64,000 nt of DNA from a virus (Duplodnaviria; Caudoviricetes). The notes beneath the pieces were generated by a model. That model saw only the letters and a list, made by a program, of their open reading frames with translations. It made no database searches and was not told where the DNA came from. Shown piece after piece: positions 29,213-39,500 of the stretch; the stretch's first letter is position 1; the number at the start of each line of letters is the position of its first letter. The DNA lies in the IMG/VR virus record IMGVR_UViG_3300046092_000036, positions 1,224 to 65,223 of that record; one strand, written 5' to 3'. The position numbers and the translations under genes were made by a program.

Positions 29213-29641
29213 CTAGGAATACGTTCTTGTTCCAGCTCTATCAATGATAAGGGCTTGTCTGCGTGGTGTCATGTCTTTTGTGTTAGGTACGCTGATATGC
29301 GTCCACCTGTCAAACTCACGAATTATTTGGTCATACCCAATACCCGAAGTAATTACAGCCTTAACAACTTCGTCTGGCGTCATACCTGGAACTCTAATAT
29401 CAGCAGCGCAACCAATACGGTGTTGGCTAGTATCTTTAGAACCTACTGCATCATTTACCTTTTTAGACCTAAACGCACTATTTACCATAATCGGCTTACC
29501 ACCTAATACAGTTTTAACTTCTTCTAAGAAAGCGGCTAAACGGGTTAGGTTAGTCATTTCAGCTTCGTTAGGCGTATTGTCAAACTCCCGATGATCCGTA
29601 TGGGTTAGCTCGTCAAGGGTAAAGTGTTCACTTAGATTCAT
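29213..29641 (-). CDS. endolysin, peptidase M15A
   Basis: LSEHFTLDEL, NSAFRS..VN.AVG, SQH..GCAAD, WTHIS. Confidence 0.9.
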   Translation of the reverse strand: MNLSEHFTLDELTHTDHREFDNTPNEAEMTNLTRLAAFLEEVKTVLGGKPIMVNSAFRSKKVNDAVGSKDTSQHRIGCAADIRVPGMTPDEVVKAVITSGIGYDQIIREFDRWTHISVPNTKDMTPRRQALIIDRAGTRTYS

Positions 29642-30041
29642 CTTTTGACCTCTTCATATCCATAATCTTCTCCAGAGTACGACCCCCGAAATAGAAAGAC
29701 ATAATGAGCATGCCCCATTGCCCGAGTAGTTCTACATAGTTGTTGTTTACCTCAATATCCCAAGCGGACATCATGGCAAAAGCAGAGTACACAAACAGAA
29801 TAAATACAAGGGTGGCTGGTCTAATGTTCTTGGATAACGTAGAGTCAGAAGCCATGTCAGCTTGCTGTCTTTTAGTAAGTTCCTGCTGCTCTGCAGTATC
29901 TGCTGCAATTTGAGCTAACTCGCCAGTCTGTTGCATCTCCAACAACTTGAGCTTTGCTTGCTCTGCTTGTGCTGGGTCAGGAAAGACCTTATCAAGTATC
30001 TTGCCGCCAATATTTAGTAGTGCATCTAATGGAAACATCAA
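29628..30041 (-). CDS. holin (3TM/GTA-holin-like)
   Basis: SKNIRP, two TM segments, FYFGGRTLEK; adjacent to endolysin. Confidence 0.8.
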   Translation of the reverse strand: MMFPLDALLNIGGKILDKVFPDPAQAEQAKLKLLEMQQTGELAQIAADTAEQQELTKRQQADMASDSTLSKNIRPATLVFILFVYSAFAMMSAWDIEVNNNYVELLGQWGMLIMSFYFGGRTLEKIMDMKRSKDESK

Positions 30042-30493
30042 ATAACTCCTAAAACAAATTTAAGCCATAGCGTCACAATTAACGCCGCCAAAAAACAATA
30101 AAACTGCACTCGCCTAACCGCTTTTAAATCGTGTTGGAAATCTTCGTTATTTTTGCGTTCCATATTTTCTATATCTAACTTAATCCTAAGCAACGCTTCC
30201 CATTCTTTAGCGCCATACTTCTTAACAAAATCTATCTTTAGTTTTGCTTCTTGGTCGCTAATTTGTTTCTTGTGGTTCCAATCTTTTAATGCTCTAATTA
30301 ATGCCGTTTCTTTTTTAAACTCTGCTTCTCTAGCCGCTCGGCGTCTTTCTGTTGCTTTCTTTTGCGCTACATCTACTGCATCTTGTTGAACCCCTTCAAT
30401 GCTTTTAGACAGCCCTTTAGCCGCCTCTCGACTTGCATCAAGGCTACCACTAAGAGTCTTTACTCCTTCGGTTATTCCAAATGGATCGGGCAT
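30038..30493 (-). CDS. coiled-coil protein with C-terminal TM
   Basis: 151 aa in the lysis cassette. Confidence 0.65.
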   Translation of the reverse strand: MPDPFGITEGVKTLSGSLDASREAAKGLSKSIEGVQQDAVDVAQKKATERRRAAREAEFKKETALIRALKDWNHKKQISDQEAKLKIDFVKKYGAKEWEALLRIKLDIENMERKNNEDFQHDLKAVRRVQFYCFLAALIVTLWLKFVLGVI

Positions 30494-30515
30494 ACTTCAA
30501 TTTTTGCACCTATTT

Positions 30516-31532
30516 TTACTCGTAAAGAATGTTAACTGAACCAGCATCAAAAGTATCTGTGCCATTTACTGTAGTAAGACGAATTCGATCAAGGGTTGCA
30601 GAAAGAGTTTTAGAGCCGCAAACAGGCTGAACTGCAATTCCAGTAGCTAAAGAATTACCATTTTGGACCCAAGTATTTCCACTTAAATTTGTAAAAACCA
30701 TTGTTCCGTATTGTAAATAAGCAGCGCCAGGATTTAAAGCCAATACAAAACCTGTAGTTAAACTTCCATACGCGTTTCCCGAAATATATCCTGTAGTTTC
30801 AATACCGCCAGAATTTCCAATTTGAATTTGTATAGAAGAACCACCATTGCTAGAAAGTCCATCAAACATAAAGGTAATTCGCTTTACCCAGCTAGGTATG
30901 CTAGTAAAGTCAATGTTTGTTCCACTTGTAGAGGCTACCGCAGTTCCTGAAGTTAAAATACCTACCCCAGATGGAGTTCCAGAAAATACTGGGCTTGAAA
31001 TTGTAGGCCCCGTCCCTAAAACAACAGCCCCTGTACCAGTAGACGTAGTAACCCCTGTACCGCCATTAGCTACAGGTAAAGTACCTGTTACATTAGTTGT
31101 TAGGTTTGCAAAAGTAGTTGAAGTTGTTCCAGTACCGCCATTTGCAATTGGAAGTGTTCCAGTAACGCCTGTTGTTAAAGGCAACCCAGTACATGAAGTT
31201 AGCGTACCTGATGTTGGTGTGCCTAATATTGGTGTAACTAAGGTTGGGGAAGTAGCAAATACGTTTGCCCCTGTACCCGTTTCGTCTGTTAAAGCTGCGG
31301 CTAAGTTAGCTGAAGAGGGTGTGCCTAAAAATGTAGCAACACCAGTTCCTAAAGAAGTTATACCTGTACCACCAGAAGCGGGTAACAGAGCGTTAGTTAA
31401 AGAAACTACTTGAGCGGTACTAATAGCAATAGCGGTTGTGCCACTAGTCTGGATAGCCATTGCCCCAGTAGTATCTGTAATAACGTTTAGTGCCGTTGCT
31501 GCTGTGGTTCCAGCATTAAGTGTAGTTGCCAT
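30516..31532 (-). CDS. tail fibre protein
   Basis: LPxANGGTG repeats, TDETGTG, C-terminal beta domain. Confidence 0.75.
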   Translation of the reverse strand: MATTLNAGTTAATALNVITDTTGAMAIQTSGTTAIAISTAQVVSLTNALLPASGGTGITSLGTGVATFLGTPSSANLAAALTDETGTGANVFATSPTLVTPILGTPTSGTLTSCTGLPLTTGVTGTLPIANGGTGTTSTTFANLTTNVTGTLPVANGGTGVTTSTGTGAVVLGTGPTISSPVFSGTPSGVGILTSGTAVASTSGTNIDFTSIPSWVKRITFMFDGLSSNGGSSIQIQIGNSGGIETTGYISGNAYGSLTTGFVLALNPGAAYLQYGTMVFTNLSGNTWVQNGNSLATGIAVQPVCGSKTLSATLDRIRLTTVNGTDTFDAGSVNILYE

Positions 31533-31533
31533 A

Positions 31534-31752
31534 TTAGGTTCCCGATGTAGAAGCTAAAAGATAATAAACAGTGCCGCCAATATTAATAGCGACTTTGTTA
31601 GTTACCGTGTTTGTAGTAGATGCCGACACCGCTGTAGAAGCCAAAACAGTTCCAGAAACAGTTGGAAAAGTAATGGTCGGCGTACCCGCAATAGCTGGAG
31701 CAGCTAAGGTTAACGTACCGCTTGTATCACCAGAAATTGTAAATTGACCCAT
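31534..31752 (-). CDS. small fibre-associated protein
   Basis: ISGDTSGTLTL.APA.AG. Confidence 0.65.
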   Translation of the reverse strand: MGQFTISGDTSGTLTLAAPAIAGTPTITFPTVSGTVLASTAVSASTTNTVTNKVAINIGGTVYYLLASTSGT

Positions 31753-31761
31753 GATTTATCC

Positions 31762-32841
31762 TTAAGTCTTAATAATAAAGTTGATACCGAGGTAAGGCGG
31801 CAGATTAGCGTTTGTACCAGAAACACCCGCAGTAGCTACTGTAGTTGTAATGTTAGCGAAGCTAACGCCTGTTTGTTGAACTGCTTGATAGTTATTTGTA
31901 CCAGATTGCAATCCAAAACCACCGCCAGATGCATCATAATATACTTCAGTATGGCTATGTCCTGAATCGGTTGATGTTGCTGTATGGGTGTGGCTTACTA
32001 CTACCGCATCTGCGCTACCGCCTGTAGCCGCTAAAGTTGTGCCGTATGGCATACGGTTTGTATAGTTAGGCAGGTTAAATGTAGTAGAGCCATCACCAAC
32101 ACCAAAGGTCGTGCCAATCACCGCAAAAAGTGCGGAGTATGTAGTTCTACTCACCGCAGTACCAGTACACAACAAATAACCAGTCGGAGCAGTTGCAGTG
32201 CCCCACATATTAATAACACCAGTAGGCACACTATTAGCTAATGCAAAAGCCGTAGTTGCTATCTGGGTTGTATTAGTTCCTTGTGCTGCTGTCGGCGCCG
32301 TGGGGGTTCCAGTAAACGTAGGAGACACTGAAGAGATTGCACCAGAAAAAACCCCCGTTGTACCAGTTAAAGCGCCAGATAAAGCAGTTGTGCCAGCTAC
32401 GACTAAGTTACCGTTAATGTTAAAGTTGCCAGCCGACCCAGTTTGGGAAGAGAAGAAGCTAGTGCCGTCACAATATGCTTGAGCAGTAGTACCGCTAGGG
32501 ATAGTTACAGTAGAGCCTGTAGCCCCACCAATAGTAATAGCAAATCCGCCAGTAGTGTTGTTATATATGACATAAAGCTTTTCTACCAGTGGGCAGATAA
32601 TTTGGCGAATAGCTGAATTAGTCCCAGTAACTACCAAAACTGCATTGCGAGCTTCATCTGATACGCCGTTAAAACTTGTTAGTGTGTAGTCGGCATTGCT
32701 CATTACAATGCTTTGAACGCCTGTAATAGCTTGTTCTAGAATTGTGCCGAGGTTATTATTGGTCGTAGTACCCCACGTACCAGATTGATCTCCGTTACCA
32801 ATAAGTTCTATTTTTAAGGATGGTGAGTAGCTAGATGCCAT
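31762..32841 (-). CDS. tail fibre with phage tail-collar domain
   Basis: PTGYLLCTG.AVSRTTYSALFAVIGTTFG.GDGSTTFNLPN; NLPPY. Confidence 0.85.
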   Translation of the reverse strand: MASSYSPSLKIELIGNGDQSGTWGTTTNNNLGTILEQAITGVQSIVMSNADYTLTSFNGVSDEARNAVLVVTGTNSAIRQIICPLVEKLYVIYNNTTGGFAITIGGATGSTVTIPSGTTAQAYCDGTSFFSSQTGSAGNFNINGNLVVAGTTALSGALTGTTGVFSGAISSVSPTFTGTPTAPTAAQGTNTTQIATTAFALANSVPTGVINMWGTATAPTGYLLCTGTAVSRTTYSALFAVIGTTFGVGDGSTTFNLPNYTNRMPYGTTLAATGGSADAVVVSHTHTATSTDSGHSHTEVYYDASGGGFGLQSGTNNYQAVQQTGVSFANITTTVATAGVSGTNANLPPYLGINFIIKT

Positions 32842-32853
32842 ATTATTCTTTCA

Positions 32854-33759
32854 TTAACATTGCTTAGTATCAATCGGTGCCCAATTTGGGGTTTGGTCGT
32901 TTCCAATATTTGCCCAAGTTACGGTGTTGCTATTGTTTACTGCGTTCCAAGTAATGGACTGATCGTCATTAATTTTAATCCATCCAAGCACACAAGCCAA
33001 GTCCTGTAGTGTAAAGGTTTCAACGATGGATTGTAGGAAGTTGGACTGCTGGGTGCTAGAATCGGCAGAATTAAGGTTTTCTGTAATAGACTGTAGTAAG
33101 TTGGCAGTAACGGCAGCGGAGTCAGCAGATCCAAGGTTTTCTACAATAGATAAGAAAAATACCAAAATAATTGTAACTGCGTCCGCCATTGTTTGGGCTT
33201 CAGTCACGCTTGATACAAACTGAGCAGTTATAGCGTCAAACTCCAAAGACTCTATAGCCTCGGTAATGCTAACCGCAAACTGGGCTGTAATAACTCGTAC
33301 ATCATCTAAATTGCTGTTTTCCGTGATGTTTTGGATAAGCGCTGCTGTTACTGCATTAATGTCTAAAACGCTATCTATTGGCTCGGTGCGGGCTTGTAAA
33401 GCAGCAAAATACTGAACGCTAGAATCATCCATTACTACGTTTTCTGTTTGCACTGCAGCAAATTGAGCAGTTATAGACTGGGTATTATCTGAGGTTAACG
33501 GTTCTGTAATAGATTGTAGATAAGCGGCAGTTACTGCTGGGGTGTCTGCCATAGTAACAAATTCATTTATTAACCCGTAAAACTCGCCAGTAGTAACGTC
33601 AAACTCAAACATATTAACGTTTTCATTCAGGCTTGCTACAAAGGCTGCAGTTACTGCATTGGCATCAGCCATATTGATGTTTTCAGTAATGTCTACGACA
33701 AACGCATTCGTGCCTAATCCAGCAAAAGTACTTTGAGCGAATGAGCTTATTCCAAACAT
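32854..33759 (-). CDS. repeat-rich structural protein
   Basis: MFGISSFAQSTFA; recurring ITE....D....ITAQF repeats. Confidence 0.65.
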   Translation of the reverse strand: MFGISSFAQSTFAGLGTNAFVVDITENINMADANAVTAAFVASLNENVNMFEFDVTTGEFYGLINEFVTMADTPAVTAAYLQSITEPLTSDNTQSITAQFAAVQTENVVMDDSSVQYFAALQARTEPIDSVLDINAVTAALIQNITENSNLDDVRVITAQFAVSITEAIESLEFDAITAQFVSSVTEAQTMADAVTIILVFFLSIVENLGSADSAAVTANLLQSITENLNSADSSTQQSNFLQSIVETFTLQDLACVLGWIKINDDQSITWNAVNNSNTVTWANIGNDQTPNWAPIDTKQC

Positions 33760-34016
33760 TATCCGACCAAAGCCTTTAATTCAGCTTGGGTTAAGCCCAA
33801 TGCAGTTAGTTTAGCTAGTGCAGAAGCCTTTACATCTTTAGCGGCTTGTTCTTTTGCGGCTATAGTAGCTTGTGTTGATTCCCACAAAGCGTCTAATTCA
33901 GCTTGAGTAGGCTTTGGTGAAGAATCTAACCAAGTTAAACCTTCATAATCATCACCATTTAATGCCCATGATTTGCCAACATAATTTAAAGTAAGAATTA
34001 AAGTGTAACCAATCAT
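33759..34016 (-). CDS. small fibre chaperone-like protein
   Basis: YEGLTWLD..PKPT.AEL. Confidence 0.6.
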   Translation of the reverse strand: MIGYTLILTLNYVGKSWALNGDDYEGLTWLDSSPKPTQAELDALWESTQATIAAKEQAAKDVKASALAKLTALGLTQAELKALVG

Positions 34017-34747
34017 CCTACTATCTCCATTAAAATTATTGATGATGCAGTTCTTGCAGAATATTCTTGTGTGTTGTCGGCATCATTAATACTTCTATTA
34101 AATGCAGTAGTTCCTGAACCTTCTGAATAAGAATCAAAAGAATATGTAGTAGACGAAGTAGAAGATGGCGAATCTACATAAGTAATGTTTACACCATCTG
34201 AATGGTTGCCATCTCCATTAAATCCAGAAACGTTTGATATAGTTCCTATTGGTCTTGACCCCGCTGAATCACCAATAAATATAGGGCTTCCACCTCTTGT
34301 TAGACGAATAGCTACACCGTTAATGTTGTGTACTTTACCAATTTGTATAATGACTAAAATTCTACTGCTAGTTGCTGACGGTGTAATGCTTGCAGAAAGG
34401 AATGAACTTGCACTTGTCCATGTTTGTGCTGAAGAATAAGTATAAGTAGTAGTGCTAACCGCTTGAACTACTTGTTTAACTGTTCCTGCTGGTAAAGTTG
34501 TAGTAGGAGTAGCCCATGATGGAATACCACCAGCTATAGTTAAAACTTGACCTGTAGAACCAATGCCCAATCTTGCCGCAGTTGTTGGAGATGATTCATA
34601 AATAATGTCCCCTGTTGTAGTCATGGGGTTTAAAGCATTAAATGCCGCCGCTGCTGTAGTTTGTCCTGTACCACCACCAGCAGGTTGCAATACCCCCGAA
34701 GAGTTAACGTCCGAGCTTAGTTCTGCTACGTTTTGTGCTTGTGTCAT
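34013..34747 (-). CDS. tail fibre-like protein
   Basis: GTVKQVVQ, SITPS...SRILV, DSPSSTS..TY, SSIILMEI. Confidence 0.7.
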   Translation of the reverse strand: MTQAQNVAELSSDVNSSGVLQPAGGGTGQTTAAAAFNALNPMTTTGDIIYESSPTTAARLGIGSTGQVLTIAGGIPSWATPTTTLPAGTVKQVVQAVSTTTYTYSSAQTWTSASSFLSASITPSATSSRILVIIQIGKVHNINGVAIRLTRGGSPIFIGDSAGSRPIGTISNVSGFNGDGNHSDGVNITYVDSPSSTSSTTYSFDSYSEGSGTTAFNRSINDADNTQEYSARTASSIILMEIVG

Positions 34748-35088
34748 GTTACTTCTACCCAAGAGGTTGTTGGCTCATCCCATTTATAGGGGCCGCCTGT
34801 TGTTGGCATAGGTGTTGGTGCTTCCCATAACCAAGTAGATTGATTTAGTGTCCAGCTAGAATAAGGTTTTGGCGCATAAAACACATCGTTTGTTCTGTCA
34901 TAAGTAAACCCAATGCCAGCATAGTTACCACGTAATGGTCTGTTTTCTGGGTGTTGATTTCCACGGGTATTGTAAGAAGTTTGAATCCAAGTACCAGGAC
35001 TTGAATCTACGAATGTGTTAAAAAATTCAGGCTCAGCCACAATAACTTGTGTAACTTTCCCATCTACTACTTTTGCAAAATGACTCAT
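34744..35088 (-). CDS. tail-associated protein
   Basis: MSHFAKV, WIQTSYN, RGNYAGIG, FYAPKPYSSW. Confidence 0.7.
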   Translation of the reverse strand: MSHFAKVVDGKVTQVIVAEPEFFNTFVDSSPGTWIQTSYNTRGNQHPENRPLRGNYAGIGFTYDRTNDVFYAPKPYSSWTLNQSTWLWEAPTPMPTTGGPYKWDEPTTSWVEVT

Positions 35089-35099
35089 GTTTTTCTCCG

Positions 35100-36203
35100 T
35101 TAAGCTGTATATGTACCACTAGATGTAAATGTATGATAAGTGTAGCCACCAGCAAAAGTAATAGTTCCGCCAGTGCCTTTTTGAGTGCCAGGATAGCGGA
35201 CAATTACAACCCCTGAACCGCCGCTTCCACCAACGTTTGCTGAATTTTGGTATCCTATAAACCCACCACCGCCACCACCTGTGTTTGCAGTTCCAGAAGT
35301 TCCGCTTCCACCACCACTAGCAGCACCTGCACCGCCACCACCATTACCACCCGTGCCTGGTGTACATGATGTAAAAGCGCCACCTGCTCCCCCGCCACCA
35401 GCGTAAAAAGTTCCTAATGATTGCCAATTTAAACCAACACCCCCATTACCACCAACACCTCCAGAGCCATACGTACCCACTGCACCAGCACCGCCGCCGC
35501 CGCCACCTGGGTATGGATTAGCACTATCGTTTCCAGCGCCAGCATTTCCTTGCCCAGCGGTTCCTGCGCCGCCAGTAGCTCCTCGCCCGTCCCCAGCGCC
35601 ACCGCCACCAGAGCCACCATCTTTTCCGTTTTGTGAGTTGTCTGTGTACCCACTTTGTCCACCACCCACTGCGGTTGATGACACGAACGAAGAATTACTA
35701 CCATTAGTAAGGCCGCCAAGACCTTGACCAACACCAGAACCGCCACCGCCAACAACAACTGTGTAAGGCCCCCCTGATGTAAACGATGTCGATCCAGTTA
35801 CAAAACCTCCAGCACCGCCGCCGCCTGAATTTGAACCGCCACCACCAGCAACTACTAAATATTCAACAGAATAAGTATAGGCATACTGCGTCCAAGCCCC
35901 GTTTTGATAGACCTCAAATTGATTAAGTGTTGTGTTGTATCTAATCATCCCATTTACGGGAGATCCAGGGCGTTCCGCAGTTGTTCCTGCTGGTAAATCA
36001 AAATAACCAGTAGAAGTATTGTTTTGATCTGAAACGGCTGCTGGAGTAACCGTAGGCACTGATGGGGTTTGATAGCTTAATGTAGTGCCGTTAGATGTAA
36101 GAACTTGTCCATTAGTACCTACTGTTGTTAAGCCTGTACCTCCGTTAGCGGTAGGCAGTGTACCTTCTACTATATTAGTTGCGTTTACTTTAGTTAGTGC
36201 CAT
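35100..36203 (-). CDS. glycine-rich fibre/adhesin protein
   Basis: VEYLVVAGGG...GGSGVVIVRY...HTFTSSG. Confidence 0.75.
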   Translation of the reverse strand: MALTKVNATNIVEGTLPTANGGTGLTTVGTNGQVLTSNGTTLSYQTPSVPTVTPAAVSDQNNTSTGYFDLPAGTTAERPGSPVNGMIRYNTTLNQFEVYQNGAWTQYAYTYSVEYLVVAGGGGSNSGGGGAGGFVTGSTSFTSGGPYTVVVGGGGSGVGQGLGGLTNGSNSSFVSSTAVGGGQSGYTDNSQNGKDGGSGGGGAGDGRGATGGAGTAGQGNAGAGNDSANPYPGGGGGGAGAVGTYGSGGVGGNGGVGLNWQSLGTFYAGGGGAGGAFTSCTPGTGGNGGGGAGAASGGGSGTSGTANTGGGGGGFIGYQNSANVGGSGGSGVVIVRYPGTQKGTGGTITFAGGYTYHTFTSSGTYTA

Positions 36204-36213
36204 GTTTTATCCA

Positions 36214-37131
36214 TTAAGCCGTATAACTTCCTGATGCGTTGTAAGTCAAAATAGTGTTTGCTCCTGATGTAGTTACTGATGGGCTTCCAGTAGTTGTTCC
36301 AGAATACTTAGCAGTTGGTACAGACAAAATTACTACGCCTGAACCGCCGTTTCCTGCTGTTCCTGTATTTGCAGCAGCGTCTGTTCCACTTCCACCACCA
36401 CCACCACCTGTATTAGTGCTTCCTGGATATCCGTTTCCACCATTCCATTCACCAGCACCGCCACCACCTGAACCACCGCCTCCACCATAAGCATAAACAT
36501 AAAATGAACCGCCACCGCCACCGCCACCGTAGGTTACAGATGACCCAGTAATAGATGATGCTAATCCTGCACCACCACCACCACCATAACCGCCAACAAC
36601 CCCTGCTCCGCCGCCGCCGCCGCCTATACGAACTGTTCCATCATCATAACCAGTAGCTCCAGCGTTTCCTTGTCCTGAGGTTCCAGCCCCTCCTGCTCCT
36701 GCTCCCCAACTAACACCTCCGCCACCAGATCCACCAGAAGTTGCTGCAGTAGTGCCACCGCCTCCGCCTCCTCCTAAAGAAGTAATTACTCCAAAAACAG
36801 AATCACTTCCGTTTGTGCCTCTAGGCCCTATTAAACCTCCAGTTGTACCAGCACCACCTGTACCGCCGCCACCAACTGTTACTGTGTAGACTGTACCTAT
36901 ATCTAATAGTGCAGTACTAGTTAAATAACCACCTGCACCGCCACCACCACCTGAACCGCCACCACCGCCACCACCGCCAGCTACAACTAGGTAAGTGGCT
37001 GAATATCCAGTTGTGGGCCATAACCCTAATTCGTTATATTTTGCTTGTTCATCAAGTCCCCACACCCCAGAAGCAACACTGCTTGTTGGGGTATTGTTAA
37101 CTCCGATAACTCCGCCATTCCAACGTGGCAT
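36214..37131 (-). CDS. glycine-rich fibre/adhesin protein
   Basis: YLVVAGGGGG...NTGGGGGG...GGSGVVIL. Confidence 0.75.
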   Translation of the reverse strand: MPRWNGGVIGVNNTPTSSVASGVWGLDEQAKYNELGLWPTTGYSATYLVVAGGGGGGGGSGGGGGAGGYLTSTALLDIGTVYTVTVGGGGTGGAGTTGGLIGPRGTNGSDSVFGVITSLGGGGGGGTTAATSGGSGGGGVSWGAGAGGAGTSGQGNAGATGYDDGTVRIGGGGGGAGVVGGYGGGGGAGLASSITGSSVTYGGGGGGGSFYVYAYGGGGGSGGGGAGEWNGGNGYPGSTNTGGGGGGSGTDAAANTGTAGNGGSGVVILSVPTAKYSGTTTGSPSVTTSGANTILTYNASGSYTA

Positions 37132-37505
37132 TAAGAAATTTCCTCATAAGAAGCGGTTATGGTTAAATCGTTTGCAACGCCTGCTGTAGCGCCAATAGAT
37201 GTATTTTCTTCTAGATAAATTTGAGTATCTTTACCAATTACAATTATTGTTGAGTCTGCTGGCACTGCTACTGTAAATACAATTGGAAACGCTGTGCCAC
37301 CTAGACTTGCAGCAGAATAGTATTGAACAGTTATATTTACCGCATTTGTACCGTCTACGTTTGCTACGTATAGCGAGTTAACTTTAAACACTTTTCCAGA
37401 TGAGGCTGCGTTAGTAAGGATAGTTGTTGCACTTGTAGTGCTTAAAGCTACAGTAGTGGTTTTGCCAGTAATTGTAGTTGGATTTGCAAGGTTTGGTGCT
37501 GCCAT
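37131..37505 (-). CDS. hypothetical structural protein
   Basis: MAAPN..., VANVDGTN, IYLEE, SYEEIS. Confidence 0.7.
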   Translation of the reverse strand: MAAPNLANPTTITGKTTTVALSTTSATTILTNAASSGKVFKVNSLYVANVDGTNAVNITVQYYSAASLGGTAFPIVFTVAVPADSTIIVIGKDTQIYLEENTSIGATAGVANDLTITASYEEIS

Positions 37506-37507
37506 AT

Positions 37508-39490
37508 TTATCTCCCGAATACCATATTAAGGCCGACTGCCTGTTGTTTTGTAAAGCTAACTGTTGGAGTTTGAAAACTTAAAGTTGTTCCGTTGGAAGT
37601 AAGAACTTGTCCATTAGTGCCTACAGTAGTTAAACCTGTACCACCATTTGTAGTTGCCAAAGTACCTGCCAATACAACCCCGCCAGTAGTAGCAGATGCT
37701 GGGGTAAAACCTGTTGTACCCGCACTAAACGAAGATACTGTACTAACAGACTGAACACCAAGATAACGAACCGCAATATTGCCAGAAGCAGAGGGTGGAG
37801 CAGTACTAAATGTAAGGGTATTGCTTGAAACTGTATAAGTAGTAGGGTCTTGAACTACACCAGAAATAGCTACTAACAACGAAGCTGAGTTAGCTGGTAC
37901 AGCGCTCATTGTAAATACGGTTTGTGACCCCGTACCGTTAAAAGTCTCAGCAGTAATAGTGCTATAGATGTTTAACGAACTAAATACTTCGGCTTGGATT
38001 AAATCGCCAGTAACAGCACCACTAGCTAAAGTAAATGATGTGCCATTAGTTGCAGTAAAGTCGGCTTGACCTAACTTAATACCATTGCGGTAAACATCAA
38101 TTAAACCAACTGTATAGACAACGCTAAATACAGTTTGACCAGAAGTAGCTGTAAAGTCTGTTCTAGTAATCGTACCTGCGCCAGTAGAAGGAGTAGCCCA
38201 TGAAGGAATACCACTAGCTACAGTTAAAACCTGTCCAGTAGAACCAATACCTAATCTTGCGGCAGTACTAGCAGAGGCTTCATAAATAATGTCCCCTGTA
38301 GTAGTCAATGGACTTAAAGCATTAAATGCCGCTGCTGCTGTAGTTTGTCCTGTACCGCCGTTAGCAATTGGAACAGTTCCAGAAATACCCGATGCAGGAA
38401 CAGAACCCCATGAAGGGGCACCGCTAGTGGTAGCAACAAGAACTTGACCTGTAGTACCCGCAGTTGTAATACCTACCGCAGAAGTGCCACTACCGTACAC
38501 AACTCCGTTTGAAGTTAAGGTTGTATTTCCAGTACCACCAGCAGCAACAGGCAAAGTACCTGCAGTTAAAGTAGATGCGCCAGTTGAGAAAAGAGCATTA
38601 TTAGTTGCTGTAAATGTAGTTAACCCCGTACCGCCATAAAGGGGCTGGATTGTGCCACCATTCCAAGTTGCATTAGAAATTGTTGCAGTACCAAAGTCTG
38701 CGGAGCTTGTATTAAAGTTATATGAGCCAGGTAGGAAAGAATAAATACCCCAAGTACCCGCAACCGTTGCAATACTTGTAGCGCCTAGTTGAGAAGCACC
38801 GCCTGAAGGAATAACTTCAATAGTTGCAGATGTATAGTCTTTTACTGTTAAAGCGCCAGAAGAATTATTAACAAAAACAAAACTTTGTCCAACTTGCAAT
38901 GTTGTAGCGTCAGGAAGCTGAATGGTTTGGGTGGTAGAACCAATTAAGACCTGCGTTCTTGCAGAGGCTACTGTTAAAACTGTTGTACCCGCAGCGGCTG
39001 TTACCGCAGTAAAACCTGATGTAAAGTTGCTAAAGGTTACGTTTTGGTTAGCATCTCTTAATACTACAGAGTTAGCACCACTAGAAGCGGTAACGCCCGT
39101 GCCACCATAAGCAACACCTATTGTAGTGCCTTGCCAAGTACCAGAAGTGATAGTTCCTAAAGGACTAACGTTTCCAGAAGCATTAAGATTGACAGATTGT
39201 TCAGACGGGTAAGTAACGAATACGGTAACCGTGCCACTAAATGTAACCGCAGAACCCAAATTGCTAGACGATAGGATTGTTGTACGAACTAGAGTTGGTC
39301 CAGTTGTTGAGTACGTGCCAACACCCACTTCCCAGCTTCCAAATACGTCTGTAGCTGCATAGAAAGTAGTGTTACCGTTTCCGATAACAGCAAAGGACTG
39401 GAAACCTACAACAGTGCCAGTAAGCGTAAAACTTACAGTTGTGTTTGCAGTACCAGTCTGTTGGACACGGTCATTAACTACGAGAGCCAT
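37508..39490 (-). CDS. long tail fibre protein
   Basis: DRVQQT N-terminus, GGTG repeats, FTATSGQTVF, GVVQDP. Confidence 0.75.
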   Translation of the reverse strand: MALVVNDRVQQTGTANTTVSFTLTGTVVGFQSFAVIGNGNTTFYAATDVFGSWEVGVGTYSTTGPTLVRTTILSSSNLGSAVTFSGTVTVFVTYPSEQSVNLNASGNVSPLGTITSGTWQGTTIGVAYGGTGVTASSGANSVVLRDANQNVTFSNFTSGFTAVTAAAGTTVLTVASARTQVLIGSTTQTIQLPDATTLQVGQSFVFVNNSSGALTVKDYTSATIEVIPSGGASQLGATSIATVAGTWGIYSFLPGSYNFNTSSADFGTATISNATWNGGTIQPLYGGTGLTTFTATNNALFSTGASTLTAGTLPVAAGGTGNTTLTSNGVVYGSGTSAVGITTAGTTGQVLVATTSGAPSWGSVPASGISGTVPIANGGTGQTTAAAAFNALSPLTTTGDIIYEASASTAARLGIGSTGQVLTVASGIPSWATPSTGAGTITRTDFTATSGQTVFSVVYTVGLIDVYRNGIKLGQADFTATNGTSFTLASGAVTGDLIQAEVFSSLNIYSTITAETFNGTGSQTVFTMSAVPANSASLLVAISGVVQDPTTYTVSSNTLTFSTAPPSASGNIAVRYLGVQSVSTVSSFSAGTTGFTPASATTGGVVLAGTLATTNGGTGLTTVGTNGQVLTSNGTTLSFQTPTVSFTKQQAVGLNMVFGR

Positions 39491-39500
39491 CTAGGACTCC

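Noticed and set aside
30847-31413. Antisense ORFs such as 30847..31413, 44578..45210, 54072..54596, 57230..57484
   Set aside because: Shadows of real genes on the opposite strand, or lie in repeat DNA without an RBS
35100-37131. CCG/CCA-rich runs as a DNA repeat element
   Set aside because: Explained by poly-glycine coding on the minus strand
34505-38358. Diversity-generating retroelement
   Set aside because: No reverse transcriptase seen; repeats are internal and differences are not adenine-specific
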